Of a stretch of DNA of 64,000 nucleotides, positions 60,442 to 64,000 are shown in pieces. The notes under the pieces were generated by a model. It did not search any database. It saw only the letters and a program-made list of their open reading frames with translations, and was not told the origin of the DNA. The position numbers were made by a program, and so were the translations under genes. Each line of letters opens with the position of its first letter. The stretch's first letter is position 1. This DNA is from an uncultured Phycisphaerales bacterium (GTDB lineage: Bacteria > Planctomycetota > B15-G4 > CAYZWU01): assembly GCA_964464495.1 (NCBI GenBank), contig CAYXGI010000002.1:10558-74557 (forward strand). The letters are read 5' to 3'.

Positions 60442-60638
60442 TCGTCGTCGCTCGCCGCCTCTGCGGAACCGCAACCAGTATCGAGGCCACAATCGGAGGC
60501 CGGCTTCTTTTCTCCGCCCACGGCGGGACCGGGAGCCATTCATGTGGCCACGCCCATGCGGGGAAGAACGACGCGCTGCAGCAGAATCCAGACAGCGATG
60601 ATTACCGCGACTGTGAGCAGTCCTTTGAATAGTTGCAT
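60432..60638 (-). CDS. Small single-TM peptide with in-frame TGA, candidate selenoprotein (U33), 68 aa; absent from the ORF track
   Basis: GGAGG/AGGA RBS; MQLFKGLLTVAVIIAVWILLQRVVLPRMGVAT-U-MAPGPAVGGEKKPASDCGLDTGCGSAEAASDDDQS; TGA at 60540-60542. Confidence 0.55.
60514..60526 (-). promoter_or_regulatory. Candidate bacterial SECIS for TGA 60540-60542
   Basis: Minus strand CCGCC-GTG-GGCGG: 5 G-C pairs; GU-initiated loop at +19. Confidence 0.45.
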
Positions 60639-60723
60639 GTTATCCTGGTTCCTCCGGAACTGGTGGATGACGAATATCTTCTAAACTAATATAGCCTCCA
60701 TTCCATAACGAGCAAGGAGAGCC

Positions 60724-61590
60724 ATGAGAACGCTCTTAGCGCTTTGTGTCGGCCTGTCACTCTGCCTGACCTTCACAGCCTGCTGGACTCCGGAACAACG
60801 GACCGAGAGAGCATCGTTCCGCATACTCACATTCAATATCCGTTACGGCACTGCCGATGACGGTGCGAACAACTGGCAAAATCGCAGAGATCTCGTTGCC
60901 GAGGTTCTCGCCGACGCAGAGCCCCATCTGGTGTCGATCCAGGAAGCGCTCGATTTCCAGCTCGATTTTCTCCTTCAGCGATCGCCCCGATACAAGAAAA
61001 TCGGCCAGCACCGCGACGGCGGGACCAAGGGCGAGTTTTGCGGCCTTCTTGTTGACACCGCGCGTTTTCGCGTCCTCGACGCGGGAGAATTCTGGCTGAG
61101 CGAGACACCGCACGCACCCGGATCGATCGGGTGGGACGCAGCCTGTCCGCGCATGTGCGTGTGGGGCCATCTCATGGACCGCGCCACCGGCCGCAATCTC
61201 GTCGTCTACTCCACCCATCTCGACCACCGTGGCGCGCGCGCCCGGCGCGAGGGCGTGGGCCAGATCGTTCACAACATCGTCGACGACCGCATGCGGCGGA
61301 CCGTGCCCACTCTGCTCGCCGGCGACTTCAATGCCGGTGAGACATCGGCGCCCATCGCGTTTCTCGAAAACGCCGGTTTCAGCGATACCTATCGGATCAT
61401 CTGGCCCGACGCCGGACGATCAGGCACGTTCAATGCGTTCCGCGGCAGGGACGATGGGGACAAGATCGACTATATTTTCTGCACCCGCGGGTTACGGATT
61501 CTCGATGCTGCGATCATCAAGACGCACCGCGACGGCCGCTATCCGTCCGATCACTTTCCCGTTCTGGCCGTTGTCGAGGTTCTTCCCTGA
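60724..61590 (+). CDS. Endonuclease/exonuclease/phosphatase (EEP) family, predicted lipoprotein
   Basis: TFNIRYG..DG.N.W..R, IQEAL..Q, STHLDH, GDFNA, IDYIF, YPSDHFP. Confidence 0.93.
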   Translation: MRTLLALCVGLSLCLTFTACWTPEQRTERASFRILTFNIRYGTADDGANNWQNRRDLVAEVLADAEPHLVSIQEALDFQLDFLLQRSPRYKKIGQHRDGGTKGEFCGLLVDTARFRVLDAGEFWLSETPHAPGSIGWDAACPRMCVWGHLMDRATGRNLVVYSTHLDHRGARARREGVGQIVHNIVDDRMRRTVPTLLAGDFNAGETSAPIAFLENAGFSDTYRIIWPDAGRSGTFNAFRGRDDGDKIDYIFCTRGLRILDAAIIKTHRDGRYPSDHFPVLAVVEVLP

Positions 61591-61623
61591 CCGGGACGAC
61601 TTCTTCCCGTGCGGAAAGGGAAT

Positions 61624-64000
61624 CTACTCGTCGAGCGCCCGGCGCACCTGTTCGAGGAGTGACTCGGGAGTGAATGGTTTCTGGACGAAGTGCAAACCTT
61701 TCTTCGCCACACCGTCCTGCACGACTGTTGCACCGGCGAATCCGGACATGAAGACCACCTTGAGATCGGGAATCAACCGCTCCAGTTCCTCGAAGAGCGC
61801 TTTGCCGTCCATCCCGGGCATGACCACGTCTGTGAGCAAGAGATTGAGCGATCCCTTGTGCCTTTCGCAGATCCCGATGGCATCGCGCGGATCGGATGAG
61901 GAGAGGACGTTGTAACCGTGCATATCGAGAATCTTGCAGGCCACCTTGCGCACCAGATCCTCATCCTCGACAACGAGTACGTTTTCAGTCCCGATCAGCA
62001 GCGACGAGGAGAAAGGCCGGTCGCGATCAGCCTCGACATCGCGATCGATACCGGGGAGGTAGATCTTGAAATCAGCGCCTTGGCCCGGTTCGCTCGATAG
62101 GGTGATGTGCCCCTTGTGCTGCTTCACGATTCCGTAAACAGTGGAGAGGCCGAATCCCGTGCCCTTTCCCTGTTCCTTGGTCGTGAAGAAGGGTTCGAAG
62201 ACACGCGACAGGGTTTCAGAGTCCATACCCTGCCCTGTATCGCTCACCGTGATCAGCACGTAGCGGCCCGGTTCGACGTCGGCCAGCGTCCGCGCAGAGG
62301 CTTCATCCAGGACGACGTTGGCCGTCTTCATGGTCAACCTTCCTCCAGCAGGCATGGCGTCGCGCGCGTTCACGGCGAGGTTCATCACGATCTGCTCGAT
62401 CTGACTCGGGTCTGCCATGACTTTTACCAGAGGCTCCTCGAAGACCGTGACCAGCTCGATGTCGTCGCCGATCAGACGGCGCAGCATTCTCTCGAGATCG
62501 GCGATGATGGCGTTGAGGTCGAGGACCCTGACAGAGAGCACCTGCCTGCGGCTGAATGCGAGGAGCTGCCTCGTGAGTTCAGCCGCTCTCTTGGCTGCCT
62601 GATTGATGAAAATGACGCTCTGCCGAAAAGGATCGTCTTTGCCCATCTCCTCGATGGACACACCCGTATAGCCGAGAATGGCAGCGAGAATGTTGTTGAA
62701 ATCGTGTGCGATCCCGCCCGCCAGGCGTCCCACCGCTTCCATCTTCTGCGACTGGCGCAACTGTTCCTCGAGCCGCTTCCGCGCCGTGATGTCGCGCACC
62801 ACGGCCAGCAGGCGGTCGCGGCCGCCGACGACGGCCCGTTTGAGATTGACCTCCACCCAGAAGTAGGTTCCCTTCTTGTCGTGTGCCATCCATTCGAAGG
62901 TCTGCGGTTCACCGGCTGCCGCTCCGAGCCGCTTCGACCCGATAGAGTCTCCCTGGGCGAAATGGGGCCGGCCGGCGAAGAGGTCGTCGAAACTGAGACC
63001 GAGAGCCTCTTCCCTGGTGTAGCCGAACATGGCGCACATCTTCTCGTTCACGTCGAGAGTTTCGCAGCCTTCGAGATCGTGGACAGTGATGGCATCGTCC
63101 ACTGCGTCCAGAATCGCACGGTAGTTCTCCTCGGACGCGCGCAGCGCCTCCTCGGCACGCTTGCGCTCCGTGATATCGCGCACATACTCGATCACGCCCT
63201 TGGTCTGTCCCGTTTCCCGGTCGACAAGAGGAAAGGAATAGAGGTCGAGCCATCCGATTTTCGCGCCTCCCGGTCCGATCTTGGGAACAACATGGCAAGA
63301 GACATCGCCAGTGGTAAGCGTATCGCGCGTGGGACATTTCTCGCACGTCTCGTCCCGGCCGTGGTAGACCTCGAAACACTTTCGTCCCACGAAGGGCAGA
63401 GCATGGGCATACCACTCTTCCATCTTCCTGTTGACGGTGATGATTTTCAGATCGTTGTCGAGTACGCTGATGCCGTCCTGGATGCTGGCGAACACATCTA
63501 AAAGAAAGTTTTCCCTCTCGCGCAGAGCGTCCTCTGTTTTCTTGCGATCGGTGATATCCCGGAAACTCCAGATGCGGCCTGTTCTTTTCCCCTCCTTCAG
63601 GAAAGGGCTCGAGTAGCGCTCGAAGATCCGCCCGTCCTTGAACTCGATCGTGTCGAGGGCCGCGTCTGTCGACTTGTAGAGTACCTTGACCTTCTCGATA
63701 AACACGTCGGGATCAGTGAGCTGATCGAGAACGAAGTCGAGCAGTTCCCGATCGGCTCCCGCGTCGAGAAGCTCCTTGGGAATATTCCACATCTCGAGGA
63801 AGCGCGCGTTCCAGTGGGTGGCTTTGCCCTCCTGGCTGACAACGAGGATGCCGTCCGCAGTCGATTCGATCGTGGCCTTGAGAGTCGCCTCGCTTTCGTG
63901 CAAGGCCTTCTCCGTTCTCTTGCGCGGTGTGATGTCGATCGCCACGATCAGATGGCCGCGACTGCGCTCTCCGGCCTTGAGCGACGTCAACCGGATCTGA
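61624..64000 (-). CDS. Hybrid PAS sensor histidine kinase/response regulator, 5'-truncated by window edge
   Basis: Three PAS/PAC units, [12 protein letters not shown]-box, N/G boxes ([27 protein letters not shown]) and a C-terminal REC domain; frame open to the window end. Confidence 0.95.
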   Translation of the reverse strand, partial: QIRLTSLKAGERSRGHLIVAIDITPRKRTEKALHESEATLKATIESTADGILVVSQEGKATHWNARFLEMWNIPKELLDAGADRELLDFVLDQLTDPDVFIEKVKVLYKSTDAALDTIEFKDGRIFERYSSPFLKEGKRTGRIWSFRDITDRKKTEDALRERENFLLDVFASIQDGISVLDNDLKIITVNRKMEEWYAHALPFVGRKCFEVYHGRDETCEKCPTRDTLTTGDVSCHVVPKIGPGGAKIGWLDLYSFPLVDRETGQTKGVIEYVRDITERKRAEEALRASEENYRAILDAVDDAITVHDLEGCETLDVNEKMCAMFGYTREEALGLSFDDLFAGRPHFAQGDSIGSKRLGAAAGEPQTFEWMAHDKKGTYFWVEVNLKRAVVGGRDRLLAVVRDITARKRLEEQLRQSQKMEAVGRLAGGIAHDFNNILAAILGYTGVSIEEMGKDDPFRQSVIFINQAAKRAAELTRQLLAFSRRQVLSVRVLDLNAIIADLERMLRRLIGDDIELVTVFEEPLVKVMADPSQIEQIVMNLAVNARDAMPAGGRLTMKTANVVLDEASARTLADVEPGRYVLITVSDTGQGMDSETLSRVFEPFFTTKEQGKGTGFGLSTVYGIVKQHKGHITLSSEPGQGADFKIYLPGIDRDVEADRDRPFSSSLLIGTENVLVVEDEDLVRKVACKILDMHGYNVLSSSDPRDAIGICERHKGSLNLLLTDVVMPGMDGKALFEELERLIPDLKVVFMSGFAGATVVQDGVAKKGLHFVQKPFTPESLLEQVRRALDE

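Noticed and set aside
3138-63501. Long antisense and alternative-frame ORFs in the track (e.g. 3138..4229, 32218..33444, 45688..47118, 49712..51184, 57242..59116, 62107..63501)
   Set aside because: Shadows of real genes typical of high-GC codon bias; no motifs or RBS.
1-64000. Genome-wide UGA reassignment (code 4 or 25)
   Set aside because: Many clear genes end at TGA (e.g. 1210, 4184, 6435, 9755), some in tight stop/start overlaps, and Trp is TGG.
1-64000. CRISPR arrays, rRNA, transposases, integrases
   Set aside because: None recognised in the sequence or translations.

Overview
GC-rich, gene-dense bacterial chromosomal window, standard genetic code (Trp is TGG and many genes end in TGA). 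The many secreted HEAT/TPR, FG-GAP and VIT-vWA proteins suggest a Planctomycetota-like organism, and IorAB suggests an anaerobe; both are inferences. Housekeeping genes include purM, dxr, rseP, a CCA-adding enzyme, pcnB, dusB and miaA. Main discovery: three genes that the ORF track breaks or misses each contain in-frame TGA codons followed by a hairpin whose loop starts 19-22 nt downstream (bacterial SECIS-like geometry), so they are candidate selenoproteins. (1) A MacB/FtsX-type ABC permease with two TGAs (U64, U100) in its periplasmic domain, inside an intact MFP-ATPase-permease-permease-TolC exporter operon (36392-41958). (2) An 84-aa DUF4242-like protein (U19; 48924-49178). (3) A 68-aa membrane peptide (U33; 60432-60638). 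Also notable: a circularly permuted cofactor-independent phosphoglycerate mutase (7395-8996), and an uncharacterised operon of two AlkP-superfamily enzymes, a small protein with an LxxLGY tail and a DUF106/EMC3-like membrane protein. No rRNA, tRNA, CRISPR array or mobile element was recognised.
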